A stretch of DNA of 64,000 nt from Candidatus Eiseniibacteriota bacterium. Lineage in GTDB: Bacteria; Eisenbacteria; RBG-16-71-46. Location of the stretch: assembly GCA_963744995.1 (NCBI GenBank), contig CAVUWA010000002.1, forward strand, positions 1,120,001 to 1,184,000, given 5' to 3'. How positions within the stretch are numbered: the stretch's first letter is position 1; each line of letters starts with the position of its first letter. Positions 35,877-48,788 of this stretch are shown here, one piece after another. The notes beneath the pieces were generated by a model. It made no database searches, was not told the origin of the DNA, and was given only the letters and a program-made list of their open reading frames with translations. The position numbers and the translations under genes are program-made.

Positions 35877-38174
35877 ATGCCCGACGTTCTTCGGAGTGAA
35901 GCCCTCGATTATCACCGCGGGGCCCGACCGGGAAAGATCCAGGTCGTTTCCACCAAACCCTGCGCGACGCAGCGGGATCTCTCGCTCGCCTACACGCCCG
36001 GCGTCGCCGAGCCCTGTCTGGCGATCGAGAGAGATCCCGACCTCGCTTACGAATACACCGCCAAGGGCAACCTCGTGGCGGTCGTCACCAACGGGACCGC
36101 CGTGCTCGGACTCGGCGCGATCGGGCCGCTCGCCGGCAAGCCGGTGATGGAAGGGAAGGGCGTCCTGTTCAAGCGCTTCGCCGACGTGGATGTCTTCGAC
36201 ATCGAGATTGCGTCGCAGGATCCGGACGAAATCGTCCGCGTCTGCCAGCTGCTCGAGCCGACCTTCGGCGGCATCAACCTCGAGGACATCAAGGCGCCCG
36301 AGTGCTTCGAAATCGAGCAGCGGCTGCAATCGCTGGTCTCGATCCCGGTCTTCCACGACGATCAGCACGGCACCGCGATCATCACCAGCGCCGCGCTGCT
36401 CAATGCGCTCGAGATCACCAGGCGCAGGATCGAAGAGATCCGCATCGTGATCCTCGGCGCCGGTGCCTCGGCCATCGCCTCGGCGCGGCTCTTCACCCGG
36501 CTCGGCGTCCGTCGCGGGCAGATCGTGATGTGCGACCGGCGGGGTGTGATTCACACCGGCCGCACGGACGGCATGAACCCGTACAAGGCCGAGTTCGCCG
36601 CCGAGACCCGGGCGCGCACGCTGGCCGAGGCGCTGCGCGGCGCCGATGTGCTCCTGGGGCTCTCGTCGGCGGGGCTCGTGACCCGGGACATGGTGCGCGC
36701 CATGGCGAAACGGCCGATCCTCTTCGCGTGCGCCAACCCGGATCCGGAAATCACCTACCCCGAGGCCAGGGCGGCGCGTTCCGACCTGCTCATGGCGACC
36801 GGACGCTCCGACTATCCGAACCAGGTCAACAACGTCCTCGGCTTTCCGTTCCTGTTCCGCGGGGCGCTGGATGCGCGCGCCATGCGCTTCAACGACGAAA
36901 TGAAGCTCGCGGCCGTGCACGCGCTGGCGGACCTGGCCAAGGAAGGCGTGCCGGACTCGGTGGCGCGCGCCTACGGCGTCGAGAACCTCCACTTCGGCCC
37001 CGAGTACCTGATCCCGAAGCCGTTCGATCCGCGGGTGCTGCTGTGGGTGTCCCCGGCGGTTGCGAAAGCGGCCATGGAGACCGGGGTCGCCCGCCGCTCC
37101 CTCGACCTCGACGTCTATCGGGAGCGGCTGGAGGCGCGGCTCGGCAAGTCGCGCGAGGTCTCGAGGGCGATCATCCACCGCGCGCAGCGTGATCCGCGCC
37201 GCATCGTCTTCCCGGAGGGGGAACATCCGCGCATCATGCGCGTCGCCGCGCATCTGGTCGCCGAGGGTGTGGCGCGCCCGCTGCTGCTCGGCAAGGCGGA
37301 GCGCATCCGCGCCGCCGCGCGTCGCATGGAGCTTCCGCTCGAAGGCGTGGAGGTGATCCATCCGCGGCAGCACCCGCACCGGGCGGCCTACGTCGACGAG
37401 CTCTACCGGCTGCGGCAGCGCAAGGGAATCACCCGTGCGGACGCCGATACGCTCATGCGCGATCCGAACTACTTCGGGACGATGATGGTGCATCGCGGCG
37501 ACGCCGACGGACTGGTCTCGGGCGTCACGCAGCACTACCCGGACACGATCCGCCCGGCGCTCCAGATCATCGGTCTCAGGCCGGGGCTCACTCGCGTCTG
37601 CGGCGTCTATTGCGTGATCGCGAAAGGGAAGTGCTGGTTCTTCGCGGATACGACCGTGAACATCCAGCCCAATGCCGACGAGCTCGCGGAGATCGCGATC
37701 CTGGCTGCGGGGATCGCCCGCGAGTTCGGCTTCGAGCCGAGCGTGGCCATGCTGTCGTTCTCCAGCTTCGGCTCGGCCAAGCACCCCCTGGTCGACATCG
37801 TTCGGCGCGCCACCGAAAACGTGCGCCGGCGCGCCCCGGACCTGCGCGTGGACGGGGAGATGCAGCTCGAGCCCGCCGTCGACCCCGAGGCGGCGCGGGA
37901 ACACTTCCCGTTCAGCCGGATCCAGGGGGACGCGAACGTGCTCGTGTTTCCCGACCTCCACTCGGGCAACCTGGCGTTCAAGCTGATGCAGCGGCTCGGC
38001 GGCGCGGAAACCATCGGTCCGATCCTCGCCGGGCTGTCGAAGCCGATCCACATCGTGGCCCCCACCTCGGACGACAACGAGATCATCCACATCGCCTCGA
38101 TCGCGGCGGTGGAAGCGCAGGAGCGGGCCACGCAGGGCACGCCGGGAGCGGAGGCGTCGCACGGGACCCTGTGA
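35877..38174 (+). CDS. maeB: NADP-dependent malic enzyme with PTA domain
   Basis: [43 protein letters not shown] and C-terminal PTA domain. Confidence 0.96.
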   Translation: MPDVLRSEALDYHRGARPGKIQVVSTKPCATQRDLSLAYTPGVAEPCLAIERDPDLAYEYTAKGNLVAVVTNGTAVLGLGAIGPLAGKPVMEGKGVLFKRFADVDVFDIEIASQDPDEIVRVCQLLEPTFGGINLEDIKAPECFEIEQRLQSLVSIPVFHDDQHGTAIITSAALLNALEITRRRIEEIRIVILGAGASAIASARLFTRLGVRRGQIVMCDRRGVIHTGRTDGMNPYKAEFAAETRARTLAEALRGADVLLGLSSAGLVTRDMVRAMAKRPILFACANPDPEITYPEARAARSDLLMATGRSDYPNQVNNVLGFPFLFRGALDARAMRFNDEMKLAAVHALADLAKEGVPDSVARAYGVENLHFGPEYLIPKPFDPRVLLWVSPAVAKAAMETGVARRSLDLDVYRERLEARLGKSREVSRAIIHRAQRDPRRIVFPEGEHPRIMRVAAHLVAEGVARPLLLGKAERIRAAARRMELPLEGVEVIHPRQHPHRAAYVDELYRLRQRKGITRADADTLMRDPNYFGTMMVHRGDADGLVSGVTQHYPDTIRPALQIIGLRPGLTRVCGVYCVIAKGKCWFFADTTVNIQPNADELAEIAILAAGIAREFGFEPSVAMLSFSSFGSAKHPLVDIVRRATENVRRRAPDLRVDGEMQLEPAVDPEAAREHFPFSRIQGDANVLVFPDLHSGNLAFKLMQRLGGAETIGPILAGLSKPIHIVAPTSDDNEIIHIASIAAVEAQERATQGTPGAEASHGTL

Positions 38175-38271
38175 GGCGGCGGGGCGGCGAACTGCCGCTG
38201 CACCCGGGTTCCGCCGGCCGCCCGCCGCCCGCTTCGCCCTCTCCGCCCGGCTCGGGTAGCATGCGGGATCC

Positions 38272-40371
<2,100 letters not shown>

Positions 40372-40410
40372 GCGGGCGCACGCCCGTCACGCTCCGGAGG
40401 ACCTGAACCC

Positions 40411-41304
40411 ATGCTCGAAGCCGTCGCGCTGCCGCTGATCAAGTACGCGCTGTCCGAGGACATCGGAACCGGCGACATCACCACGCTCAACGCGGTGCCG
40501 TCGGGCGTGAACGCGCGTGCGGCGATCGTGGCGAAGGCGAAGGGGGTGGCGGCCGGCATCGAGGTCGGCAAGCTCGCATTCCAGGAAGCCGACCCGAAGC
40601 TGCGTTTCCGGCCTCTCACGCAGGACGGCGCCCTCCTCGAGCCCGGGGTCGCGCTGGCGCAGATCGTCGGCGACGTCGGCAGCCTGCTCAAGGCCGAGCG
40701 CACCGCGCTCAACTTCATGCAGCGCATGTCCGGGATCGCCACGCTCACCCGCCGCTACGTGGACGCGATCGAAGGGACCGGCGCGCGGATCCTCGACACG
40801 CGCAAGACGACGCCGGGGTTGCGCTACCTCGAGAAGTACGCGGTGCAGATGGGCGGCGGTCACAACCACCGGCTCGCGCTCTGGGACATGTACCTCGTGA
40901 AGGACAACCACATCCGCGCGGCGGGCGGCGTCACGCGGGCGCTGGACCGCATCCTGCGGACGCGACAGGGCGATCTGCTGCTCGAGGTCGAGGTCGAATC
41001 GCTCGAGCAGCTCAAGGAGGCGCTGCGCCCCGAGGTCGACCGGATCCTGATCGACAATCGGACGCCCGGCGACGTGAAGACGGTCGTCGAAGAGGTGGAT
41101 CGCTGGTGCGCCGCCCATCCGTCGGAGAGCCCGCGCCGCGATCCCCGCGCGCGCCGCTGGCCGGAGCTCGAGGTCTCGGGCGGCATCACGCTCGATACCG
41201 TGCGGGCCTACGCCGAGACCGGCGTGGACTACCTGTCGGTCGGGGCGCTCACGCATTCGGCGCCGGCGCTCGATCTCAGCCTCGAGATCGAGGAGGTGGG
41301 CTGA
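40411..41304 (+). CDS. nadC: Nicotinate-nucleotide diphosphorylase (carboxylating)
   Basis: EDIGTGDITT, ERTALN, DTRKTTPG, KDNH, SVGALTHSA. Confidence 0.96.
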   Translation: MLEAVALPLIKYALSEDIGTGDITTLNAVPSGVNARAAIVAKAKGVAAGIEVGKLAFQEADPKLRFRPLTQDGALLEPGVALAQIVGDVGSLLKAERTALNFMQRMSGIATLTRRYVDAIEGTGARILDTRKTTPGLRYLEKYAVQMGGGHNHRLALWDMYLVKDNHIRAAGGVTRALDRILRTRQGDLLLEVEVESLEQLKEALRPEVDRILIDNRTPGDVKTVVEEVDRWCAAHPSESPRRDPRARRWPELEVSGGITLDTVRAYAETGVDYLSVGALTHSAPALDLSLEIEEVG

Positions 41305-42095
41305 TGGACGGCGCGCCGACGTTCGACCGGGGACGCTTCGCGGCGCAGCTCGGCACGCGATGGCTGGGTCACGAGCTCCTCGCGCGGCGCTCCGTCGAGT
41401 CCACCAACGACGTCGCCTGGGATGCGCTCGCCGCCGGTGCCGGCGCCGGCCTGGTGGTCGTCGCCGACGAGCAGACCCGCGGCCGCGGCCGCGACGGCCG
41501 CGCGTGGGAGACGCCCGCCGGGCTCGGGCTCGCGATGTCCGTGCTGCTCGAACCCGGCTGCGAGCGCGCGACGCTCACCGTGCTGCCGCTGGCGGCGGGC
41601 CTCGCGCTCGCCCGCGCGCTGGCGGACGCCGGCGCCGGAGGGCAGCTCAAGTGGCCGAACGACGTGCTCCTGAACGGCCGCAAGGTGGCGGGCATCCTGT
41701 GCGAGAGCCGCCGGCGGCCCGACGGTGGCGACGCGATCGTGGTCGGGATCGGCGTCAACGTGCTGCAGTCCGCAACCGACTTCGCGCCGGCGATCCGCGG
41801 GGTCGCGACCTCGCTCGCGATCGAGGGGGTGGCCGTCGATCGCGAGACCCTCGCCGCGCGGATCCTCGGCCATCTGGAGCCGCTCTGGACCGAACTCGAC
41901 GCCGGCGGTCCCGCCGGCATCGTCGCCGCCTGGCGCGAGCGCGCCACGTTCTGGGGGCGCGTGCTCACCGTGCGCACGCCGGCGGGCGAGGTGTCCGGCA
42001 CGGCGCGCACGCTCGCCGATGACGGTGCGCTGGTGCTGACCGGACCCGACGGCGGCGACCGCCGTGTCGTCGCAGGAGACGTCGCTCAACCGTGA
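41304..42095 (+). CDS. birA: Biotin--acetyl-CoA-carboxylase ligase (no N-terminal HTH)
   Basis: STND, QTRGRGR.GR.W, LKWPND, KVAGIL.E. Confidence 0.93.
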   Translation: MDGAPTFDRGRFAAQLGTRWLGHELLARRSVESTNDVAWDALAAGAGAGLVVVADEQTRGRGRDGRAWETPAGLGLAMSVLLEPGCERATLTVLPLAAGLALARALADAGAGGQLKWPNDVLLNGRKVAGILCESRRRPDGGDAIVVGIGVNVLQSATDFAPAIRGVATSLAIEGVAVDRETLAARILGHLEPLWTELDAGGPAGIVAAWRERATFWGRVLTVRTPAGEVSGTARTLADDGALVLTGPDGGDRRVVAGDVAQP

Positions 42096-42913
42096 CCGAA
42101 ACGCCCCTCACCCCGCACCGGGATCCCGGCGCGCCGCGGCGCGCGCCCGACCCCGATGATCCGCGCCAGAGCGGCGAGATGCCGTTCCTGCAGCACCTGG
42201 AAGAATTGCGCCGCGTGCTGTTCCATGCCGCGCTCGGCTGCGTCGTCGGCGCCGCCGGCGGCTGGTGGCTGTCGCCGTTCGTGCTCGAGAACCTGATCCA
42301 TCGCACGGTCGGCACTGCGATCGTGCTGTCGCCGATGGAGGCGTTCAACGAGCGCATCAAGCTCACGCTGGTGCTCGGGTTGTGCATCTCGGCGCCGTAC
42401 GTGTTCTTCCGCCTCTGGAGTTTCATCGTGCCCGGGCTGTTCAAGCGCGAGCGGACGTGGGTGCTGCCGATGGCGCTGGGCTCGATGCTGCTGTTCGTCG
42501 CCGGGGTCGCGGCCGCCTACTTCTACATCGTGCCGCTGGTGGTGCACGTGCTGACCGGCTTCATGACGCCGAGCATGAGCGCGCAGATCCGTGTCGAGGC
42601 GCTGCTGAGCATGCTGTACGCCATGGCGCTGGCCTGCGGCGTGGTGTGCCAGCTGCCGCTGGTGCTGATGATCCTCACCGCCGTCGGCCTCGTCACCCCG
42701 CAGGCCCTGCTCAGGCAATGGCGCTACGCCCTGGTCGGTTCGTTCTTCATCACCGCGGTGATCACCCCCGGCGACGTGGTGACGGCCCAGGTGGTGCTGG
42801 CGCTGCCGATGACCATGCTCTACTTCCTGAGCGTCGGTCTGTCGTGGTTCGTCTGGCGCCGCCAGCGGCGCGAGCGCCTCGCCGCGGAAGCCGCGGAGGA
42901 CGAGGATGCCTGA
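42092..42913 (+). CDS. tatC: Twin-arginine translocase subunit TatC
   Basis: MPFLQHLEELRR, FIVPGL...ER, AVITPGD. Confidence 0.95.
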   Translation: MTETPLTPHRDPGAPRRAPDPDDPRQSGEMPFLQHLEELRRVLFHAALGCVVGAAGGWWLSPFVLENLIHRTVGTAIVLSPMEAFNERIKLTLVLGLCISAPYVFFRLWSFIVPGLFKRERTWVLPMALGSMLLFVAGVAAAYFYIVPLVVHVLTGFMTPSMSAQIRVEALLSMLYAMALACGVVCQLPLVLMILTAVGLVTPQALLRQWRYALVGSFFITAVITPGDVVTAQVVLALPMTMLYFLSVGLSWFVWRRQRRERLAAEAAEDEDA

Positions 42914-43751
42914 CGCCCCGCTGCGCTGGCGCTGGTCACCGCCCGCGCGCAGCCGCCGTGCGGCGCCGGGCCGGAAACGAGGGCCGCGCCCGGCGGTGCT
43001 GGTGGTGGACATCGGCAACAGCCGGGTGAGCGTGGCCGTGGTCCATGACGACCGCGTGCGCGGGGTGCGGCATCTGCCGGCGCGGCGCGCCACGCGGGCG
43101 ACGCTGACCGGGATGCTGCGCGAGGCGCTGGAGTCGGCCGGCCGCGGACCCGGGCCGCAGGGCGCCGTGCTGTCGTCGGTGGTGTCCGGGCTCACCACGC
43201 CGTGGCTGCGCGCGCTCGAGCGGACGGCCGGGTTCCGCCCGATGGTCGCAGGCGCCGACGTGTTGCGCGACATGCCGGTCCGCTACCGCGACCCGCGCGA
43301 GATCGGGCCGGACCGCCTGGCCAACGCGCTCGCGGTGCGCGCGCTGTACGGCACGCCGGCGATCGTGGTGGACTTCGGCACCGCGACCAACTTCGATTGC
43401 GTCTCGCGGGACGGCGAATTCCTCGGCGGGGCGATCGCGCCGGGGGTCGTGACCGCGGCGGACGCGCTCTATGCCCGTGCCCCGCGGCTCGCCCGCGTGA
43501 CGCTCAGGCCGCAGCGTCGTACGCTCGGCCACTCGACCGCGGAGGCGCTGCGCGCCGGCATCGTCCACGGCGCCGCGGCGCTGGTGGACGGGCTCGTGCG
43601 GCGCCTCGCGGACGACATGAATGCGAGACCGCACGTCATTGCCACGGGCGGACTTGCAGATCCAATCGTGAGGGACTGCCAGACCGTGCATCAGCTCGAC
43701 GCGCACCTCACGCTCAAGGGGCTGGCACGCATGTGGGAGGGCTCATCGTGA
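42906..43751 (+). CDS. coaX: Type III pantothenate kinase
   Basis: VDIGNS, IGPDR, VDFGTATNFD, GGAIAPG, IATGG; true start may be downstream. Confidence 0.93.
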   Translation: MPDAPLRWRWSPPARSRRAAPGRKRGPRPAVLVVDIGNSRVSVAVVHDDRVRGVRHLPARRATRATLTGMLREALESAGRGPGPQGAVLSSVVSGLTTPWLRALERTAGFRPMVAGADVLRDMPVRYRDPREIGPDRLANALAVRALYGTPAIVVDFGTATNFDCVSRDGEFLGGAIAPGVVTAADALYARAPRLARVTLRPQRRTLGHSTAEALRAGIVHGAAALVDGLVRRLADDMNARPHVIATGGLADPIVRDCQTVHQLDAHLTLKGLARMWEGSS

Positions 43752-45712
43752 GGCGCCGCGTCCGCATCGCGACGCTCGCGCTGTCGCTGCTCGCGGGCTG
43801 CGTGGCATCGCCGGCGGTCCCGGCCGTCCCCGCCGCGGCGCCCGCCGTGCGGGTCGCCCGGGTCGCGCCGCCGCCGTCTCTGGCGGGCGGCGCACGGGCG
43901 TTCATCGACACGTGGGGACGGCGGCTCGCCGACCCGGTCCTGGAAGGACGCGGCGCCGGCACCCGCGGGCTCGACGTCGCCGCCGACATGATCGCCGCGG
44001 GCATGGAACGCTACGGTCTGCTGCCGGGCGGTGACGACGGCGTGCTGTCCGCCGCCGCGGCCGGCGCGGCGCCGCGCGCCGCCGACGGCTGGTTCCAGCC
44101 GTTCCGGATCACCACCGGCGTGCGCGTCGCCGAACCGTGCGCGGTCGCCGCGGCCGGGCTCACGTTCGCGCCGGGAGACGACTTTCAGCCGGTCGGCTTC
44201 TCGACCAACGGCACGCTCGAGGCGCCGGTCGTGTTCGCGGGCTACGGCATCACCGCGCCGGGGATCGACTACGACGACTACGCCGGGCTCGACGCGAACG
44301 GGAAGTTCGTCCTGGTTCTGACCAACGAACCCGCGGAGCTGGACACCGCGAGCCGTTTCAACGGGGACATCAACACCGCCCATTCCGAATTGCGGACCAA
44401 GGCGATCAACGCGCGCGAGCACGGCGCGCTCGGGCTGATCCTCGTCGACGGACCGCTGCACCATCGCGGCGAGCCCCTGCCCGCCCCGCGCGGGAGCAGC
44501 ACCGGCTACATGACCAGCGGCCTGCTCGCGGTGCGTGTCTCCGAGCGGGTGGCGAACGCGCTGCTGGCCGCGGATGGAACGAACCTCGAGACGCTGCAGC
44601 GCGCGATCGATGCACACGAGCGCCCGCATTCGCTCGCGCTCACCACCGGAGCCGCGCTCACCGTGACGCTCGAGCGCACCCGTGCCGACATCCGGAACGT
44701 CGTGGGCTGGCTTCCCGGGCGCGACACCACGCGCACGATCGTGCTGGGCGCGCACTACGACCACCTGGGCTACGGGGGCGAGGGCTCGCTGGCCGCGGGC
44801 GTGGCCGCGGTGCATCCGGGCGCCGACGACAACGCTTCCGGCGTGACCGCGCTGCTCGATCTGGCGGCGCGCTACGGCGCCGGTTCCGCGCCGCCCTGCA
44901 ACCTGGTCTTCTGCGCCTTTACCGGCGAGGAGTCCGGATTGCTCGGCTCGGCGCACTACGTCGACCAGCCGACCCGGCCGCTCGACGGCGTGGACGCGAT
45001 GATCAACATGGACATGGTCGGGCGCCTGCGCGAGGGCAGGCTGATCGTGATGGGCACGGGCACGGCCGCCGAGTTCAAGGATCTGCTGGCGCGCGTCGAC
45101 GAGACGGCCGGTCTCGACCTGCGCTTCTCGGACGACGGTTTCGGACCGAGCGATCACTCGAGCTTCTACAAACGTCATGTGCCCGTGCTCGCCATGTTCA
45201 CCGGCGTCCACGAGGACTATCACCGCCCCTCGGACACCTGGGACAGGATCGACACCGACGGCATCGTGCGCATCGCCGACTTCGTTCAAGCTCTGGTGGA
45301 TTCGCTGGCGCGCCGTCCGCGCGTGACCTACGCCGAGGTCGCCACCGCGGCGCAGGGCGCGATCGGCGGCGGAGCCGGGCATGGCGCCTACCTCGGCACG
45401 ATTCCCGACTACGTGCAGACCGAAGGCGGAGTGCTGCTCTCCGGCGTCCGCAAGGGCGGGCCGGCGGACGTCGCCGGTATCCGCGCCGGGGACACGGTCG
45501 TCAAATTCGACGGTGTGCGCATCGACAACATCTACGACTACACCTACGCGCTGCGTTCGCGGAAGCCCGGACAGGAAGTGCGCATCACCGTGCTCCGCGA
45601 CGGCGCCGAGACCGACGTCGTCGCGACGCTCGGGCGGCGGGGCGAGGCCCCGGCCCCGGACGGCGCGTCGCCGCACACGAATCCCCACGAAGGGACAGGA
45701 GGTCATCCTTGA
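43748..45712 (+). CDS. M28-family peptidase with PA and PDZ domains (lipoprotein)
   Basis: LAGC lipobox, GAHYDHLG, GADDNASG, GEESGLLGS, SDH, YH.PSD, C-terminal PDZ. Confidence 0.92.
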   Translation: MRRRVRIATLALSLLAGCVASPAVPAVPAAAPAVRVARVAPPPSLAGGARAFIDTWGRRLADPVLEGRGAGTRGLDVAADMIAAGMERYGLLPGGDDGVLSAAAAGAAPRAADGWFQPFRITTGVRVAEPCAVAAAGLTFAPGDDFQPVGFSTNGTLEAPVVFAGYGITAPGIDYDDYAGLDANGKFVLVLTNEPAELDTASRFNGDINTAHSELRTKAINAREHGALGLILVDGPLHHRGEPLPAPRGSSTGYMTSGLLAVRVSERVANALLAADGTNLETLQRAIDAHERPHSLALTTGAALTVTLERTRADIRNVVGWLPGRDTTRTIVLGAHYDHLGYGGEGSLAAGVAAVHPGADDNASGVTALLDLAARYGAGSAPPCNLVFCAFTGEESGLLGSAHYVDQPTRPLDGVDAMINMDMVGRLREGRLIVMGTGTAAEFKDLLARVDETAGLDLRFSDDGFGPSDHSSFYKRHVPVLAMFTGVHEDYHRPSDTWDRIDTDGIVRIADFVQALVDSLARRPRVTYAEVATAAQGAIGGGAGHGAYLGTIPDYVQTEGGVLLSGVRKGGPADVAGIRAGDTVVKFDGVRIDNIYDYTYALRSRKPGQEVRITVLRDGAETDVVATLGRRGEAPAPDGASPHTNPHEGTGGHP

Positions 45713-46794
45713 CACGCATATCGCTGGCCGTCGCCACGCTGCTCGCGCTGGGAGCGTGCGCCGCGCAGGCGCCGGCGCCCCGCACGCCGCGGCCGGTTCC
45801 GCCCCAGGCGCGCGCCGCGGACTCTCTGATCCGCGAGGGCGAGGTCCATTTCGCCCATCTCTGGCAGCTCACGTTCGGCGGCGAGAACGCCGAGGCCTAC
45901 TGGTCGGGCGACGGCACCAAGCTGATCTTCCAGTCCACCCGCGACGGCTATCCGTGCGACCAGATCTACACGATGGATCTGTCGAGCGGGGACGTGCGGC
46001 GGGTCAGCACCGGCCGCGGCCGCACGACCTGCTCGTACTTCTACGAGGGGGATCAGCGGATCCTGTATTCGTCCACCCACCTCGCGGGCGATTCGTGCCC
46101 GCCGCCGCCCGACTACAGCCAGGGCTATGTCTGGCCGATCTCGGCCGGCTACGACATCTTCACGGCGAAGCCCGACGGCAGCGATCTGGTGCGGCTCACC
46201 GACACCCCGGGCTACGACGCCGAAGCCACGGTATCGCGCGACGGGCAGTGGATCGTGTTCACCTCCGTGCGTGACGGCGACCTCGACATCTACAAGATGC
46301 GCACCGACGGCAGCGAGGTCACCCGACTCACCGACATGCCCGGTTACGACGGCGGGCCGTTCTTCTCGCCCGACGGCCAGTGGATCTGCTACCGCGCGTA
46401 CCATCCGGCGACGGCCGAGGAGCTGGAGGACTACCGCCGCCTGCTCGACAAGGGTCTGATCCGCCCGGGGCACCTCGACCTCTGGGTGATGCACGCCGAC
46501 GGCACCGCGAAGCGGCGCGTCACGCAGCTGCCCGGGGCCTCGTTCGCGCCCTACTACGCCCCGGACGGCCGCACGCTGATCTTCAGCTCGAACTGGGAGA
46601 ATCCGGAAGGCCGCAACTTCGACCTCTACCTGGTGAGCGACGAAGGAGGTCCGCCGCGGCCGGTGACGCGCGACCCGTCGTTCGACGGCTTCCCGATGTT
46701 CAGCCCCGACGGCCGCTGGCTCGCGTTCTCCTCGAACCGCGGCGGAGCCGTGCGTGGCGAGACCAACGTGTTCCTCGCCGAGTGGAAGGAATAG
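45709..46794 (+). CDS. TolB-like PD40 beta-propeller lipoprotein
   Basis: LGAC lipobox, GENAEAYWS, repeated SPDG..I.F motifs. Confidence 0.88.
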   Translation: MTRISLAVATLLALGACAAQAPAPRTPRPVPPQARAADSLIREGEVHFAHLWQLTFGGENAEAYWSGDGTKLIFQSTRDGYPCDQIYTMDLSSGDVRRVSTGRGRTTCSYFYEGDQRILYSSTHLAGDSCPPPPDYSQGYVWPISAGYDIFTAKPDGSDLVRLTDTPGYDAEATVSRDGQWIVFTSVRDGDLDIYKMRTDGSEVTRLTDMPGYDGGPFFSPDGQWICYRAYHPATAEELEDYRRLLDKGLIRPGHLDLWVMHADGTAKRRVTQLPGASFAPYYAPDGRTLIFSSNWENPEGRNFDLYLVSDEGGPPRPVTRDPSFDGFPMFSPDGRWLAFSSNRGGAVRGETNVFLAEWKE

Positions 46795-46802
46795 GCGCGG
46801 CC

Positions 46803-48401
46803 GTGGCCAAACGTATCGAGTTCGACGACGCCGCGCGCGAGGCGTTGCGCCGCGGCGTCGAGCAGCTCGCGGGCGCGGTGCGCGTCACGCTGGGTCCGCG
46901 CGGCCGCAACGTCGTGATCGAGACGCTCGAGGGCGCGCCGATCATCAGCAACGACGGCCTCACGATCGCGCGCGAGATCGATCTCGCCGATCCGTTCGAG
47001 AACATGGGCGCGCAGCTCGTGCGCGAGGCGGCGCTGAAGACCGGCGAGGTCGCCGGCGACGGCACCACCACCGCGACGGTCCTGGCCGCTTCGATGATCT
47101 CCCAGGGCCTGCGCGCGGTTGCGGCGGGGCGGCACCCGATGGCGCTCAAGCGCGGCATGGACCGCGCCGTGGCCGCGGTCGTCGAGGCGTTGCGCGCGAC
47201 GTCGCAGGCGATCTCCTCGCGCGAAGACATGCAGCGCGTCGCCGCCGTGAGCGCGAACCAGGACGCCGAGATCGGCGCGATGGTGGCCGAGGCGGTGGAC
47301 CGCGTCGGCCGCCTCGGCGTCGTCACGGTCGAGGAGGGCCGCGGCATGCAGACCACGCTCGAACTCGTCGAGGGCGTGCGCTTCGAGCGCGGCTACCTGT
47401 CGCCCTACTTCGTCACCGACCCGGAGTCCATGGAGGCGGCGCTCGAGCGGCCGCTGATCCTGCTCACCGACCGTAAACTCACCCGCGCGGCGGATCTCCT
47501 CAAGCCGCTCGAGGCGGCGGCCGAGGCACGGCGGCCGCTGCTGGTGGTGGCCGACGACGTCGAAGGCGAGGCGCTCGCGATTCTGGTCGTGAACCGGCTG
47601 CGCGGCGCCGTGCAGTCGGCCGCCGTGCGCGCGCCCGAGTCGGGCGACCGGCGCGCCGAGCTGCTCGACGACATGGCGGTGATGACCGGTGCGGTGTACT
47701 TCAGCGCCGAGCTGGGGCGCACGCTCGACGGCCTGAAGGTGGGAGACCTGGGCCGTGCCCAGCGCGTGCTCGTGGACCGCGAGACGACCACGATCATCGA
47801 GGGAGGCGGCGTGCAGGACTCGATTCGCGGCCGCATGACCCGGCTCGAGCAGGAACTGCGCGCGAGCGACTCGAAGTACGACCGCGACTGGCTCCAGCAG
47901 CGTCTCGGGCGCTTCACCGGCGGGGTCGCGGTGATTCACGTCGGTGCGCCCACCGAGCTGGCGATGCGCGAACGCAAGGCGCGCGTCGAAGACGCCCTGG
48001 CTGCGACCCGTTCGGCGGTCGAGGAGGGGGTGGTGACGGGGGGAGGCGTCGCGCTGCTGCGCGCCTCGGATGCGGTGCGGGCGCTGGACCTCGAGGGCGA
48101 CGAGGCCGCGGGCCGCGATCTGGTGCTCGCCGCGCTGGCCGAGCCGGCCCGCCAGATCGCCGAAAACGCCGGCGCCGAGGGGCGCGTGGTCGTGGAGAAG
48201 ATCCTCGCCGCGCGCGACGGACAGGGCTACGACGCACAGATCGGCGACTATCGCGACCTGCGCGCCGCCGGCGTGATGGATCCGACCAAGGTGGTCCGCT
48301 GCGCCCTGCAGCACGCCGCCAGCATCGGCTCGATGGTGCTCACCACCGACGCCGTCGTGGTCGACGCGCCCGAAGGCGAAGCGTCCGGGGACGGGGAATG
48401 A
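46803..48401 (+). CDS. groEL: Chaperonin GroEL (divergent paralogue, no GGM tail)
   Basis: VTLGPRGRNV, ENMGAQLV, AGDGTTTATVLA, RVEDAL.ATR.AVEEG, DPTKV. Confidence 0.93.
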   Translation: MAKRIEFDDAAREALRRGVEQLAGAVRVTLGPRGRNVVIETLEGAPIISNDGLTIAREIDLADPFENMGAQLVREAALKTGEVAGDGTTTATVLAASMISQGLRAVAAGRHPMALKRGMDRAVAAVVEALRATSQAISSREDMQRVAAVSANQDAEIGAMVAEAVDRVGRLGVVTVEEGRGMQTTLELVEGVRFERGYLSPYFVTDPESMEAALERPLILLTDRKLTRAADLLKPLEAAAEARRPLLVVADDVEGEALAILVVNRLRGAVQSAAVRAPESGDRRAELLDDMAVMTGAVYFSAELGRTLDGLKVGDLGRAQRVLVDRETTTIIEGGGVQDSIRGRMTRLEQELRASDSKYDRDWLQQRLGRFTGGVAVIHVGAPTELAMRERKARVEDALAATRSAVEEGVVTGGGVALLRASDAVRALDLEGDEAAGRDLVLAALAEPARQIAENAGAEGRVVVEKILAARDGQGYDAQIGDYRDLRAAGVMDPTKVVRCALQHAASIGSMVLTTDAVVVDAPEGEASGDGE

Positions 48402-48448
48402 CCGGAACGCCGGCGGCCGTCAGCGACCGGCCGGCGTTCCGCAGCGGC

Positions 48449-48637
48449 TCAGCGCCGGTGGAAATGCCGGCCGACCGCCAGCACGACCAGCCCCGCACCG
48501 AACAGGGCGAGCGAACCTGCATCCAGCTGCGGCGGCCACAGCCGGTCGGCGATCGGCCCCGGCGCGGCCGCATGCGCCAGATCCGGTGCCGCGAGCAGCG
48601 CGAGGCACGTAAGGAACAGCGTCGAATGTCGAATCAT
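48449..48637 (-). CDS. 62-aa protein: signal peptide plus PEP-CTERM-like sorting signal
   Basis: MIRHSTLFLTCLALLAAPDLAHA/AAPG...PQLDAGSLALFGAGLVVLAVGRHFHRR. Confidence 0.7.
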   Translation of the reverse strand: MIRHSTLFLTCLALLAAPDLAHAAAPGPIADRLWPPQLDAGSLALFGAGLVVLAVGRHFHRR

Positions 48638-48683
48638 GAGGGGCCACCTGAAAATGGTTCGAGAGACTCCGCATACGGGGCAG

Positions 48684-48700
48684 GGCAAGCACCGTGCCCC
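48684..48700 (-). promoter_or_regulatory. sigma54 promoter for the PEP-CTERM-like microprotein
   Basis: Minus strand GGGGCACGGTGCTTGCC (GG-N10-GC with GGCACG and TTGC). Confidence 0.75.
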
Positions 48701-48788
48701 GCTCGCCCGAAATTCGTGCCGGGCGGTTAGCCTCAAGCAGTGCAAAGCGTTGCGAGCTTGAGCGGAGAATCGACTGGAGCAAGGCGGG

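Noticed and set aside
37420..37450. GCCGATAC inside maeB as a sigma28 site
   Set aside because: No -35 element at the N15 spacing, and it is mid-gene.
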